From: Chitinophaga pinensis
GTDB taxonomy: Bacteria > Bacteroidota > Bacteroidia > NS11-12g > UBA9320
Length of the DNA: 42,176 nucleotides
Direction of reading: 5' to 3'
Assembly: GCA_945890595.1 (NCBI GenBank)
Contig: CAMDCQ010000001.1
Location: 1-42,176, forward strand
The stretch's first letter is position 1. Each line of letters opens with the position of its first letter. A program made the translations under genes and the position numbers. Positions 19,122-28,805 of the stretch are shown one piece after another. The notes under the pieces are model-generated. The model made no database searches and had not been told where the DNA came from. It worked only from the letters and a program-made list of their open reading frames with translations.

Positions 19122-20522
19122 TTGAAAAACAAATACTCTGATCTAATAGATCAAACTTTTCACTTTCCTACGGAAGAATTTAAGACTACTGAGGAAGGAG
19201 AGCTTCTTTATAGAGACATTCCTTTGATGGATTTAGCCAAAAAATATGGCACTCCTTTCCGATTTAGTTATTTACCTAAAATTTCAGAGAATATTCAGAA
19301 AGTCAAGTTTTGGTTTGCAGACGCATTTGCAGAGCACAACTATAATGGCTCCTATAATTATTGCTATTGCACCAAAAGTTCACATTACAAATATGTGATA
19401 GAAGAAGGTCTAAAAAATGACATCCATTTGGAAACCTCTTCCGCTTTTGACCTGGATCTTATTAAAAAACTGCACAGTGAAGGTTTGCTGGGTTTAGACC
19501 GATTTATTGTTTGTAATGGTTTCAAAACGGACCTTTATATTGATAAAATCATAGAACTTATTGAGATGGGGTTTGATAATCTGCATGTAGTATTAGACAA
19601 CACACGTGAGTTTCATTTATTAAAAGGAAGAACCGAAAAGAAGATTAAATTGGGCATTCGAATAGCCGCGGAAGAAGAACCTAAATTTGAGTTTTATACC
19701 TCAAGATTGGGAATTGGCTATAGGTATATCGTTCCTTTTTACGAAGACCTAATTAAGAACGAACCAAACATGGAGCTTAAGATGCTCCACTTCTTTATTA
19801 ATACCGGCATTAGAGATACCGCTTACTACTGGAATGAGCTACGCAAATGTTTAAATGTATATGCTAAGTTAAAAGCAGTATGCGACACTATAGACTCCCT
19901 TAATATAGGAGGAGGATTCCCCATAAAAAGAAACCTGAACTTTAACTATGATTATGCCTATATGATCAAAGAAATTGTAGGACAAATCAAGCAAGAGTGC
20001 GGCGATAAAAATGTAAAAGAGCCGCATTTATTCACAGAATTTGGAAGTTATACGGTAGGCGAAAGCGGCGGTACTGTCTATAAAATATTGCACCAAAAAA
20101 GACAGAACGATAGAGAGCGATGGAATATGATAGACGGCTCATTTATGACCACTTTGCCCGATGCATGGGCCATTAGCGAGCGATTTATTTTACTGCCACT
20201 TAATAAATGGAATGAAAGCTATGAGCGCGTTCTATTAGGTGGATTAACTTGCGATAGTGATGATTACTACAATAGTGAGCAGCATGTGAATGCTATATAC
20301 CTCCCAACGGTATATGACGATGATGAAGTTCCTTTGTACATTGGATTTTTCAACACAGGAGCTTACCAAGAAAGCTTAAGCGGCCAAGGAGGAATCAAAC
20401 ATTGCCTTATCCCCAGCCCTAAAAAAATACTTTTATATAAAGATGCAGAAGGAAATATCGTAGACGAACTTTTTGCCGAAGAACAAAATGTAGAAAGTAT
20501 GATGAAGATTTTAGGGTATTAG
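19122..20522 (+). CDS. speA: Arginine decarboxylase (PLP fold III, Bacteroidota short type)
   Basis: PLP lysine in YCYCTKSSH, CNGFK, NIGGG, TEFG, GLTCDSDDYY, TGAYQ; adjacent to a DHS-like gene; TTG start. Confidence 0.85.
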   Translation: MKNKYSDLIDQTFHFPTEEFKTTEEGELLYRDIPLMDLAKKYGTPFRFSYLPKISENIQKVKFWFADAFAEHNYNGSYNYCYCTKSSHYKYVIEEGLKNDIHLETSSAFDLDLIKKLHSEGLLGLDRFIVCNGFKTDLYIDKIIELIEMGFDNLHVVLDNTREFHLLKGRTEKKIKLGIRIAAEEEPKFEFYTSRLGIGYRYIVPFYEDLIKNEPNMELKMLHFFINTGIRDTAYYWNELRKCLNVYAKLKAVCDTIDSLNIGGGFPIKRNLNFNYDYAYMIKEIVGQIKQECGDKNVKEPHLFTEFGSYTVGESGGTVYKILHQKRQNDRERWNMIDGSFMTTLPDAWAISERFILLPLNKWNESYERVLLGGLTCDSDDYYNSEQHVNAIYLPTVYDDDEVPLYIGFFNTGAYQESLSGQGGIKHCLIPSPKKILLYKDAEGNIVDELFAEEQNVESMMKILGY

Positions 20523-20602
20523 CTGCCCCAAAATCGATACTATGTAAACGACAGGACTTCTACAAAGCGCAAATCACAAATCAACAATTTAACAGACCAT
20601 TA

Positions 20603-21571
20603 ATGAGCAAACCAATATCCGATTTTATAGATAACTATTTTCTACACTTTAACGCAGCAGCTTTGGTAGATGCAGCTGACGAGTACAACAACCAACTTGC
20701 CAAAGGCAATAAAATGATGGTAACCATAGCTGGAGCTATGAGTACTGCAGAAATGGGAAAAATGCTGGCGGAGATGATTCGTCAAGATAAGATCCATATT
20801 ATTAGCTGCACCGGCGCAAACTTGGAAGAAGATGTGATGAATCTTGTAGCACACGACCACTATGAGCGTATTCCAAACTACAGAGATTTGACGCCGCAGC
20901 AAGAGCAAGAATTACTTGACCGACACCTAAATAGAGTAACAGACACTTGTATCCCTGAAGAAGAAGCATTTAGAAGATTACAAGGTAATATAGAGCGGTT
21001 TTGGGGTGAAGCAGAGGCTAAAGGTGAGCGGTATTTACCACATGAATATATGTACCAAATGTTATTAGACGGTTGTCTAAAAGAACATTACCAAATAGAC
21101 CCAAAAGACAGTTGGGTACTTGCTGCCGCTGAAAAGAACTTACCGATGGTAGTTCCAGGATGGGAAGATAGTACCATGGGTAATATTTTTGCGGGGAATT
21201 GTATACAGGGAAACCTAAAACCAAGTACCATGAAAAGTGGTATTGAATACATGACATTTTTAGCCGATTGGTATACTGACTTTACAAAAGACAAAGGACT
21301 TGGATTTTTCCAGATAGGTGGAGGCATTGCAGGGGATTTCCCTATATGCGTAGTGCCTATGCTAGAGCAAGACCTTGAAAGAAGTACACCGCTATGGAGC
21401 TACTTCTGCCAAATTAGCGACAGTACCACCAGCTACGGCTCTTATTCTGGTGCAGTCCCTAATGAAAAAATAACATGGGGAAAGTTAGCCGCAGATACAC
21501 CAAAATTCATCGTAGAAAGCGATGCTACCATTGTAGCTCCTCTAATGTTTGCGAAAGTATTAGGCTGGTAA
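20603..21571 (+). CDS. Deoxyhypusine synthase-like protein (probable homospermidine synthase)
   Basis: TGANLEED, DSTMG, IGGG and GSYSGAVPNEKITWGK with the catalytic Lys, ESDATI. Confidence 0.9.
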   Translation: MSKPISDFIDNYFLHFNAAALVDAADEYNNQLAKGNKMMVTIAGAMSTAEMGKMLAEMIRQDKIHIISCTGANLEEDVMNLVAHDHYERIPNYRDLTPQQEQELLDRHLNRVTDTCIPEEEAFRRLQGNIERFWGEAEAKGERYLPHEYMYQMLLDGCLKEHYQIDPKDSWVLAAAEKNLPMVVPGWEDSTMGNIFAGNCIQGNLKPSTMKSGIEYMTFLADWYTDFTKDKGLGFFQIGGGIAGDFPICVVPMLEQDLERSTPLWSYFCQISDSTTSYGSYSGAVPNEKITWGKLAADTPKFIVESDATIVAPLMFAKVLGW

Positions 21572-21652
21572 CATTAAACATTCTAATGACTAGCCAAGGT
21601 TAGTGGCAATTTACAATGCTGGTTTATTATCGCATTAATAAAAATCAATCCC

Positions 21653-21660
21653 TAAATTTG
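21653..21660 (+). promoter_or_regulatory. -7 promoter element for fahA
   Basis: TAAATTTG, 17 nt upstream of the ATG. Confidence 0.6.
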
Positions 21661-21677
21661 AACTTTAAAAAGATAAA

Positions 21678-22904
21678 ATGAACACTTGGATACACATACC
21701 TGAAAACTCTGATTTTAGCATACATAATCTTCCTTACGGTATGTTTATGCGTGACAACATACCTAGACCTGGGGTTGCCATAGGCGATAGTATAATTGAT
21801 TTACACGCCTGTTGCAAGCTTGGACTGTTTGCAGAATTAGGTTTTGATACCAGTGTTTTTGAGTCTATAGTTCTCAACGAATTTATAGACTGCGGGAAAG
21901 ACGTATGGAGTAGTTTACGCGAGTATCTTACTAAACAGTTGGTTACCGAGGGTTTGTTATTTGAGTTTAGAGAAAAAGCAATTGTTTCTCGTTTAGGAAC
22001 GCAAATGTGCATGCCCATAAAAATCGGAGATTATACCGATTTTTACAGTAGCATAGAACATGCTACTAATTTAGGTAAGCTTTTTAGACCGGATAGCGAG
22101 CCTCTGCTTCCCAATTGGAGACACATTCCTGTAGGCTATCATGGCAGAGCAAGTAGTATTGTAATAAGTGGTACTCCTATTACAAGACCAAGCGGCCAAA
22201 GCAAAGCTCCTACTGCAGATGTGCCGTCTTTCGGAAAAAGTAAACGCTTAGATATTGAACTTGAAATGGCTTATATTATTGGCAAATCAACTCAATTAGG
22301 AAAACCTATTAGGTTAGAAAATGCCGAAGACCATATCTTTGGGAAGGTGATTTTTAACGATTGGAGCGCTAGAGACATACAAGCATGGGAGTATGTTCCT
22401 CTTGGACCATTCTTAGGTAAAAACTTCGGATCTACTATTTCGCCATGGATTGTTACGATGGAGGCATTAGAGCCATTTAGATGTGAGAGTATAAAGCAAG
22501 AACCTGCTGTACTTCCTTATTTACAGTTTATAGGCAACAAGAATTTTGATATTAATCTTGAAGTAGCTATCGCTCCCGAAGGAGGTGAGGAAACGGTAAT
22601 TAGCGAGAGTAACTTTAAGTATATGTATTGGAATATGGCTCAACAGCTTGCTCACCATACCGTAAACGGTTGCAACGTAAATGTTGGAGATTTAATGGCT
22701 AGTGGAACCATTTCAGGCCGCGACCAAAACAGTTACGGAAGTATGATCGAGATTAGCCAAGGAGGCAAAGAACCAATGCAACTAAAAAATGGGGAAACCC
22801 GAACGTTTTTAGAAGATGGCGATACTATTACCATAAGAGCATTCTGCGAAAAGGACGGTAAACGTGTAGGATTTGGCGAATGTATAGGCACTATTTTGCC
22901 CTAG
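21678..22904 (+). CDS. fahA: Fumarylacetoacetase
   Basis: SDFSIHNLPYG, GDYTDFYSSIEHATN, YHGRASS, LDIELE, NDWSARDIQAWEYVPLGPFLGK. Confidence 0.96.
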   Translation: MNTWIHIPENSDFSIHNLPYGMFMRDNIPRPGVAIGDSIIDLHACCKLGLFAELGFDTSVFESIVLNEFIDCGKDVWSSLREYLTKQLVTEGLLFEFREKAIVSRLGTQMCMPIKIGDYTDFYSSIEHATNLGKLFRPDSEPLLPNWRHIPVGYHGRASSIVISGTPITRPSGQSKAPTADVPSFGKSKRLDIELEMAYIIGKSTQLGKPIRLENAEDHIFGKVIFNDWSARDIQAWEYVPLGPFLGKNFGSTISPWIVTMEALEPFRCESIKQEPAVLPYLQFIGNKNFDINLEVAIAPEGGEETVISESNFKYMYWNMAQQLAHHTVNGCNVNVGDLMASGTISGRDQNSYGSMIEISQGGKEPMQLKNGETRTFLEDGDTITIRAFCEKDGKRVGFGECIGTILP

Positions 22905-22919
22905 TGTAATCGATAACAA

Positions 22920-25403
22920 TTAATCTACAACCTCATCTTCATCTGTTTCATCCACTTCAGTAAAATCAATGTGGATTTTATCAATATTGGCACTATCCAT
23001 AGGGTTATCCAGTGAGTCTAAAAAGTCAACTTTAGGTTTGTACGCATAGCAACTTAAATTCACATCATACACTTCTGGCTTCTCAAATTTGCCTCTAGTT
23101 ACTCCTGATTTAGAATCATTTAAGGCTAATTCAAGATACCTAGCGACTAGTGGAAGTCCTGTCTTTGATCCTTGTCCATTAGCTCCTTGAAAATGAATTC
23201 GCATATCTCTACCGCCAACCCAAGCACCTGTCACTAAATCATGCATTACGCATATGAACCACCCGTCTGCATAATCATTTGAAGTTCCTGTTTTTCCCCC
23301 TATCTCATTATCTGCACAAATACCGTAGCGATATAAACCGCGAGATGTTCCACCTGCTTCCTCCACTCCGCCTCTTAAAAAATAAGTCATAGTGTATGCA
23401 TTGGTGTCTGAAAGTACCCTTACTTCGTTTTTATCTTCTCTATAGTCTTCAAGCATATTGCCCTCACTATCCTCAATCGTATTTATCCAACGTGTTTTTT
23501 TTAATTTTCCATCATTAACAAATACTCCATATGCTTGAACCATCTCGAACAGTGAGACGTCTGCTGTCCCAAGCGAAATACTTAAATCGTCTACGAGTTT
23601 ACCGCTTATTCCCATTTGATTAGCTAATTTAATAACCCGACGAGGGCCAACCTTATCTGTTAGTTGCACTGCAACCGTATTGATAGACTGTGCTAATGCT
23701 ACTCTTAGCCTAACCGGGCCATACGTAAATCTTCTATTCGAATTTTTAGGTTCCCAAATTTCTGGTTCACCGTCAATTATAGTTTCATATTTTAATGGGA
23801 TATCATCTACCGTTGAACAGGCCTCCATCCCACTTTCCAGTGCGGCAGCGTAAACAATAGGCTTAAAGCTAGAACCTGGTTGTCTGCGAGATTGCCATAC
23901 ATGATCGTATTTAAAAAAATCCCAATTAGAACCACCTACCCAAGCTATAACCTCTCCCGTTTTTGGTTTTATAGACACTAAGCCACAATGCATTTGCTGC
24001 ATTTCAGACTTAATAGAATCTATAGGAGTCATGGTTTTATTCACCTTTTTACCGCCTACAAATATCTCGATATTAGTGCTTTGTTTCATAGAGGCCATGG
24101 CTTCGATCTCTGAAGCACCGTCTGCTATTGCCGTCTTGTAGCGTACAGAGTTTTTTGCATGTCGTATAAGCTCCTTCTCCAATGCACAAAGTTGACCCTC
24201 TTTAAGTTCCTTACGCTGTTTTGCAATCTCAACATCAAACCAATATTTACCTCCCAAGCTAGCGTTAAAGTTACCTTGTATTTGGTACATATTTTCAGCT
24301 ACCGATCTCTCGGCATATTTCTGAGCTTTACTGTTTATCGTAGTTGTTATTTTTAGCCCGTCACGGTATAAGTTAATATCGTTTTCATCACACCATGATT
24401 TCAATTCCTTGGCAAGCGTCATTCTGAAATAAGGCGCCAGCCCGTCATCTTTTACTATTTCTGTAATGTTAAGACGAAGAGGTTTAGAATACAACACTTC
24501 TGTGCTTGAGGTATCTAGAAAACCGTATTTATTCATCTGCGAAAGGACTACATTTCTACGTTCTTTTGCTCTGTCTGGATGATTTTTAGGATTATAATAG
24601 CTGGTCCCTTTTAGTATCCCCACCAACAACGCAGATTCTTCGATACTCAAATTTTTCGGTTCTTTGGAAAAATAATACTCTGCTGCACTTTTTATTCCGT
24701 AAGCGTTATTTCCGTAACTTACCGTATTAAAGTAGAACGTAAGTATCTCCTGCTTCGTAAAGAAAAACTCTAGCTTAAAAGCGGTACTCCATTCCTTTAT
24801 TTTGGCAATAATTGTTCGAACCCCTGGTATAAATCCTAAAATACCCCCTTTTCGATGGCCTCTTGTGTTGTATAAATTTTTAGCGAGTTGATTGGTGATT
24901 GTACTTCCACCTCGTTTAGAACCTGATACGGTAGAAGCAGCGGCTGATAGTACGCCATATATATCTAATCCGTGGTGCAAATAGAATCTAACATCTTCAG
25001 TAGCAACCAAAGCATTAACGGTATTACTATCTATTTCCTCGAAAGTCACAGGAGTCCGTTTTTCAACATAATAGGTCCCCATTAAAACGCCATCCGCCGT
25101 GTAAACCTCAGAGACAAGAGGCATTGGAGGATTGCGCACATCGTTTATACTTGGCATTTTCCCGTACAGCCAAAGAAAATTAACCTCCAAACTGATTAGA
25201 AAAAAGAAAACACAGAGGAAAATAGTATATCCAAGACTAAGCATTTTTTTCCAAGTACTTAATCCTTTGAAATCTTGATAATTAAAAAGCGAAAATGACC
25301 ACAACTTACGCCAGTAAGTTACAGTTTTAGTTAAGCCCTGCTTGAGCCAAGATGGTGATTTTTCAAACCACATGCTTATCCGTTCTTTCGATTTCAACTT
25401 CAA
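22920..25403 (-). CDS. Class A penicillin-binding protein (PBP1A family)
   Basis: TM anchor, transglycosylase ATEDVRF and GGSTITNQLAKN, transpeptidase SSFK, SIN, KTG; start uncertain (TTG 25403 or ATG 25373). Confidence 0.93.
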   Translation of the reverse strand: MKLKSKERISMWFEKSPSWLKQGLTKTVTYWRKLWSFSLFNYQDFKGLSTWKKMLSLGYTIFLCVFFFLISLEVNFLWLYGKMPSINDVRNPPMPLVSEVYTADGVLMGTYYVEKRTPVTFEEIDSNTVNALVATEDVRFYLHHGLDIYGVLSAAASTVSGSKRGGSTITNQLAKNLYNTRGHRKGGILGFIPGVRTIIAKIKEWSTAFKLEFFFTKQEILTFYFNTVSYGNNAYGIKSAAEYYFSKEPKNLSIEESALLVGILKGTSYYNPKNHPDRAKERRNVVLSQMNKYGFLDTSSTEVLYSKPLRLNITEIVKDDGLAPYFRMTLAKELKSWCDENDINLYRDGLKITTTINSKAQKYAERSVAENMYQIQGNFNASLGGKYWFDVEIAKQRKELKEGQLCALEKELIRHAKNSVRYKTAIADGASEIEAMASMKQSTNIEIFVGGKKVNKTMTPIDSIKSEMQQMHCGLVSIKPKTGEVIAWVGGSNWDFFKYDHVWQSRRQPGSSFKPIVYAAALESGMEACSTVDDIPLKYETIIDGEPEIWEPKNSNRRFTYGPVRLRVALAQSINTVAVQLTDKVGPRRVIKLANQMGISGKLVDDLSISLGTADVSLFEMVQAYGVFVNDGKLKKTRWINTIEDSEGNMLEDYREDKNEVRVLSDTNAYTMTYFLRGGVEEAGGTSRGLYRYGICADNEIGGKTGTSNDYADGWFICVMHDLVTGAWVGGRDMRIHFQGANGQGSKTGLPLVARYLELALNDSKSGVTRGKFEKPEVYDVNLSCYAYKPKVDFLDSLDNPMDSANIDKIHIDFTEVDETDEDEVVD

Positions 25404-25552
25404 GAAAAATTAGTTGGTAAATGTACGTAAACGAGTACAAATTAATTCATACAGAAATAAAAATGAATAGTTTGAAAATCAATCAATTGCACCTTTTATT
25501 GATAACTAATTAGCGTATAAATCCTGTATGATAAGATATAAAAAATATAGAA

Positions 25553-25855
25553 CTACACATTTTTACTCTTACGTGGTCGTAGGATCCTATCCTTCTTTTC
25601 CGGTTCTTGTCCTGGCTTAGGTCTTGCTTCTTGCACAGATAGTGGTCTATCGTTAATTTTTCGCTTGTCCATTTTCAAAATGGCTTTTTGTCCTTGATAG
25701 TTGGTTGACATCATTACAAAACCGAAACCCTTTGGTTTTTGATCTGTCATTTCTTTTAAAATTTTAACCGATTTAACCTCCCCAAATTCGGAGAATAGTT
25801 CTTGTAATTCTTCTTCGGTTATTTTAAAGTCAATGTTAGAAACAAATAAATTCAT
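25553..25855 (-). CDS. RRM (RNP-1) RNA-binding protein
   Basis: RNP2 LFVSNI, RNP1 KGFGFV, LSVQEARP, basic tail; TACTTTTG promoter element at 25923-25930. Confidence 0.92.
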   Translation of the reverse strand: MNLFVSNIDFKITEEELQELFSEFGEVKSVKILKEMTDQKPKGFGFVMMSTNYQGQKAILKMDKRKINDRPLSVQEARPKPGQEPEKKDRILRPRKSKNV

Positions 25856-25967
25856 CTGGAAATACTAAATGTGGAATATGGTGGATTTGATTGTGAGATT
25901 ATGCCGGCTGCTTATAGAAATGCAAAAGTATTAATTCTTAAACAATCTAGCATAAACTAAGGATTCT

Positions 25968-25975
25968 TATTTTTG
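25968..25975 (+). promoter_or_regulatory. -7 promoter element for the aldehyde dehydrogenase (divergent from the RRM promoter at 25923-25930)
   Basis: TATTTTTG, 10 nt before ATG 25986. Confidence 0.65.
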
Positions 25976-25985
25976 CTCTACTTAA

Positions 25986-27428
25986 ATGAAGAAAATAGCC
26001 AATTATATAAACGGTGAATTAAGGGCTCCTGCCAGCAATCAATACATTGACAATTACAATCCTGCGACGGGTAGCGTATATTCCCTTATACCCAATTCTG
26101 GAGAGGAAGATGTTCAATTCGCTATAAAAAGTGCCCGTGAAGCATTCGAGAGCTGGTCTTCATTATCCAACGCAAATAGAGCACACTGGTTAGATAAAAT
26201 CGCTAATGCTATCGAATCTCGGATGGATGAACTTGCGCTGGCAGAAAGCATAGACAATGGCAAGCCCCTCTCTCTGGCAAAATCAGTAGACATACCCAGA
26301 GCACGTGATAATTTTAAATTTTATGCCACTGCTATCATGCATTATGCCTCAGAAAGTCATCGTACCGGAGACGGTATTATCAATTATACATTGCGCAAGC
26401 CTGTAGGTGTGGCGGCTTGTATTTCTCCGTGGAATCTCCCACTATATTTATTCTCCTGGAAAATAGCGCCTGCGTTAGCTGCTGGAAATACAGTAGTTGC
26501 GAAACCTTCAGAAATCACGCCCATGACGGCCTATTTACTTTCCGAAATTTGTGTAGAGATTGGACTTCCACCGGGTGTTTTAAATATCGTGCACGGTTTA
26601 GGTGCTACAACCGGAAACGCTATCATTTCCAGCAATGAAATTGACCTAGTTTCTTTTACTGGAGGAACATCAACTGGGGCTCATATTGCCAAAATTGTAG
26701 CACCAAAATTCAAAAAAATGAGCCTTGAATTAGGAGGCAAAAATCCTAATATCATTTTTGATGATTGTGATTTTGAGAAAGCCTTAAAAACCACGATACA
26801 CAGTTCATTTGAAAATCAAGGACAAATATGTCTTTGCGGATCACGAATTTTAGTACAGCGGGGCATTTATGAAAAGTTTAAAAATGCATTTGTAGAGCAA
26901 GTTGGTAATATGAGAATAGGGAACCCGTTGAGTGAGGATAGCCAGCTAGGAGCCATAGTGAGTAAGCCACATTTTGACAAAATATTAAGTTACATTGAAA
27001 TAGCTAAGTCTGAAGGGGGAAAAATATTAACTGGAGGTGTACCCATTTCTTTGTCAGAAGACAATAAAGACGGTTGGTTTATCGCCCCTACGATTATCGA
27101 AGGGTTAGATCAACAATGCAGAACTAATCAAGAAGAAATTTTTGGACCTGTGGTTACCATCCAACCTTTTGACACCATTGAGGAAGCTTTAGAACTGGCT
27201 AATGCAACAGAATATGGTCTTGCCGCAACCATTTGGACCTCCAACCTAAGTACGGCTCATCATGTAGCAGATAAAATAAAGAGCGGGATTGTATGGGTAA
27301 ATTGCTGGTTACTTAGAGACTTACGCACGCCCTTTGGAGGTATGAAAAATAGTGGTGTTGGTAGAGAAGGTGGCTGGGAAGCCTTAAATTTCTTTACAGA
27401 ACCAAAGAATGTATGTATCAAATTCTAA
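25986..27428 (+). CDS. Aldehyde dehydrogenase, probable 2-aminomuconate/2-hydroxymuconate semialdehyde dehydrogenase (ALDH8-like)
   Basis: DIPRARDNF, SPWNLP, FTGGT, LELGGKN, catalytic GQICLCGSR, EEIFGPV, WLLRDLRTPFGG (HMSD-subfamily-like). Confidence 0.82.
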   Translation: MKKIANYINGELRAPASNQYIDNYNPATGSVYSLIPNSGEEDVQFAIKSAREAFESWSSLSNANRAHWLDKIANAIESRMDELALAESIDNGKPLSLAKSVDIPRARDNFKFYATAIMHYASESHRTGDGIINYTLRKPVGVAACISPWNLPLYLFSWKIAPALAAGNTVVAKPSEITPMTAYLLSEICVEIGLPPGVLNIVHGLGATTGNAIISSNEIDLVSFTGGTSTGAHIAKIVAPKFKKMSLELGGKNPNIIFDDCDFEKALKTTIHSSFENQGQICLCGSRILVQRGIYEKFKNAFVEQVGNMRIGNPLSEDSQLGAIVSKPHFDKILSYIEIAKSEGGKILTGGVPISLSEDNKDGWFIAPTIIEGLDQQCRTNQEEIFGPVVTIQPFDTIEEALELANATEYGLAATIWTSNLSTAHHVADKIKSGIVWVNCWLLRDLRTPFGGMKNSGVGREGGWEALNFFTEPKNVCIKF

Positions 27429-27466
27429 CGTACTCAGTGTAATTATCATAGTAGTACGCTATGTAT

Positions 27467-27504
27467 AAAAAGAGGGGCTTTGCATATGCAAAGCCCCTCT
27501 TTTT
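27467..27504. terminator. Bidirectional intrinsic terminator
   Basis: Perfect palindrome AAAAAGAGGGGCTTTGCAT/ATGCAAAGCCCCTCTTTTT between convergent genes. Confidence 0.9.
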
Positions 27505-27521
27505 GTTAGGAGTATAAAGAA

Positions 27522-27547
27522 TGGAGCAGTTCATTACAACTGCTCCA
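27522..27547 (-). other. Second stem-loop just downstream of the SusCD operon
   Basis: TGGAGCAGTT-CATTAC-AACTGCTCCA, 10-bp stem. Confidence 0.6.
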
Positions 27548-27556
27548 AATTTTATA

Positions 27557-28048
27557 TTAGTATTCGTCTTCTATGAAGCCTGTGCGTCTATGGCCAGATA
27601 CAACGTACTCTGCGCCTGGAGCGTCATCTGCAAAACCAACAACCATGTAGATACTATCTGTTACTACACCTGTTTTTGATCTTCCGGCACCAGGAATAAC
27701 CATACCATTTTTCACAATCATTTTGATATCATAACCGTCTACTAAACTAGTTGTGCTATCTGTTGATCCAAATGATAAACCTGCAGGATTTGCAGGAGTT
27801 TTAGCTTTAAAACTCCAAAAATGATCCTCATCGGTCACTATGATTTCCTTACCATCGGCCGCAGCGGTAGTGTAAGTAAGTAAGGTGGTGTGACCAACAC
27901 CATAGATGTCTTCGCCATCTACTGTGTACTCGACATACCATCTACCCGCTAATTCACTACCAGGTATTGTTTCCTTTACGTATTCTTTTTGACATGCAGA
28001 CAACCCTAGTGCTACAAAAGCCAAAATCATTAATTTATTTAATTTCAT
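27557..28048 (-). CDS. Lipoprotein, BT2261-like (lipid-binding putative hydrolase family)
   Basis: Lipobox LSA-C; LAGRWYV, FWSFKAK, GVVTDSIY, GHRRTGFIEDEY. Confidence 0.8.
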   Translation of the reverse strand: MKLNKLMILAFVALGLSACQKEYVKETIPGSELAGRWYVEYTVDGEDIYGVGHTTLLTYTTAAADGKEIIVTDEDHFWSFKAKTPANPAGLSFGSTDSTTSLVDGYDIKMIVKNGMVIPGAGRSKTGVVTDSIYMVVGFADDAPGAEYVVSGHRRTGFIEDEY

Positions 28049-28061
28049 GTTGTACTATTTG

Positions 28062-28787
28062 TTAAGGTTGAACTTGTTTTAACTCTACTTCGAACGTGAA
28101 TCCCGCATCCCAGTCTGTTGAGAATGATATTGTTTTGTTAGCCGCATCAACTGACATGGAAGTCATTTCACACACTCCTCCAAAAGTCCCAACTGAGAAG
28201 GAAGGCAACACAAAGTCATTTCCCGCAATACTATTCGCAGTGATAACTGCTCCTGAAGCGATATACTTGGTTCCGTAAGCTCTTCCTGTTTCATAATAAG
28301 ACCCAATACCACAAGATAACTCATAAGTACCGTCTGCATTTTTCCAAATCAGTACATGTTTCATCTCTTTATATTGAGCACCTGCATTACCATTACGAAC
28401 TACCGTAGCATTGTATAAGCCTTCGATGCTATTCACTAAATCGCCTGTTTTATACACCCATAATGTTCTTGATTTTACGCCATCAAATCCATCTTGATTA
28501 GTAGAAGTATACGTCAATACATACTTATCAGGGGTATTTAAATCTAGTGATCCACCTCTATAACTACCCACTCCAGTAGTCACTACAGGAATCGATTTAC
28601 CGTTTTCTGTTGCGGTAACTCCTGGATCTGTAAATGATGCTCCTGCTTCTAAATAGACAGTTGTAGGACCTGCCACTTCCATTAAGGGATAATTTGTTAC
28701 TTTCGACAATCCCCCTGTTGTCTCTTTCTCACATCCCGTGAATGCAAAAAGAGCAATTCCTGCTATTAATAAAATATTATTTTTCAT
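28062..28787 (-). CDS. Lipoprotein, BT2262-like with N-terminal Ig-like (DUF5011-type) domain
   Basis: Lipobox FTG-C; SKVTNYP, FTDPGVTATENG, YVLTYTSTNQDGF…RTLWV. Confidence 0.78.
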   Translation of the reverse strand: MKNNILLIAGIALFAFTGCEKETTGGLSKVTNYPLMEVAGPTTVYLEAGASFTDPGVTATENGKSIPVVTTGVGSYRGGSLDLNTPDKYVLTYTSTNQDGFDGVKSRTLWVYKTGDLVNSIEGLYNATVVRNGNAGAQYKEMKHVLIWKNADGTYELSCGIGSYYETGRAYGTKYIASGAVITANSIAGNDFVLPSFSVGTFGGVCEMTSMSVDAANKTISFSTDWDAGFTFEVELKQVQP

Positions 28788-28805
28788 GGTATTTTTTAAT
28801 TTTAA

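Noticed and set aside
21604..21620. TGGCA…TGC upstream of fahA as a sigma54 promoter
   Set aside because: Spacing is GG-N11-GC, not the required N10
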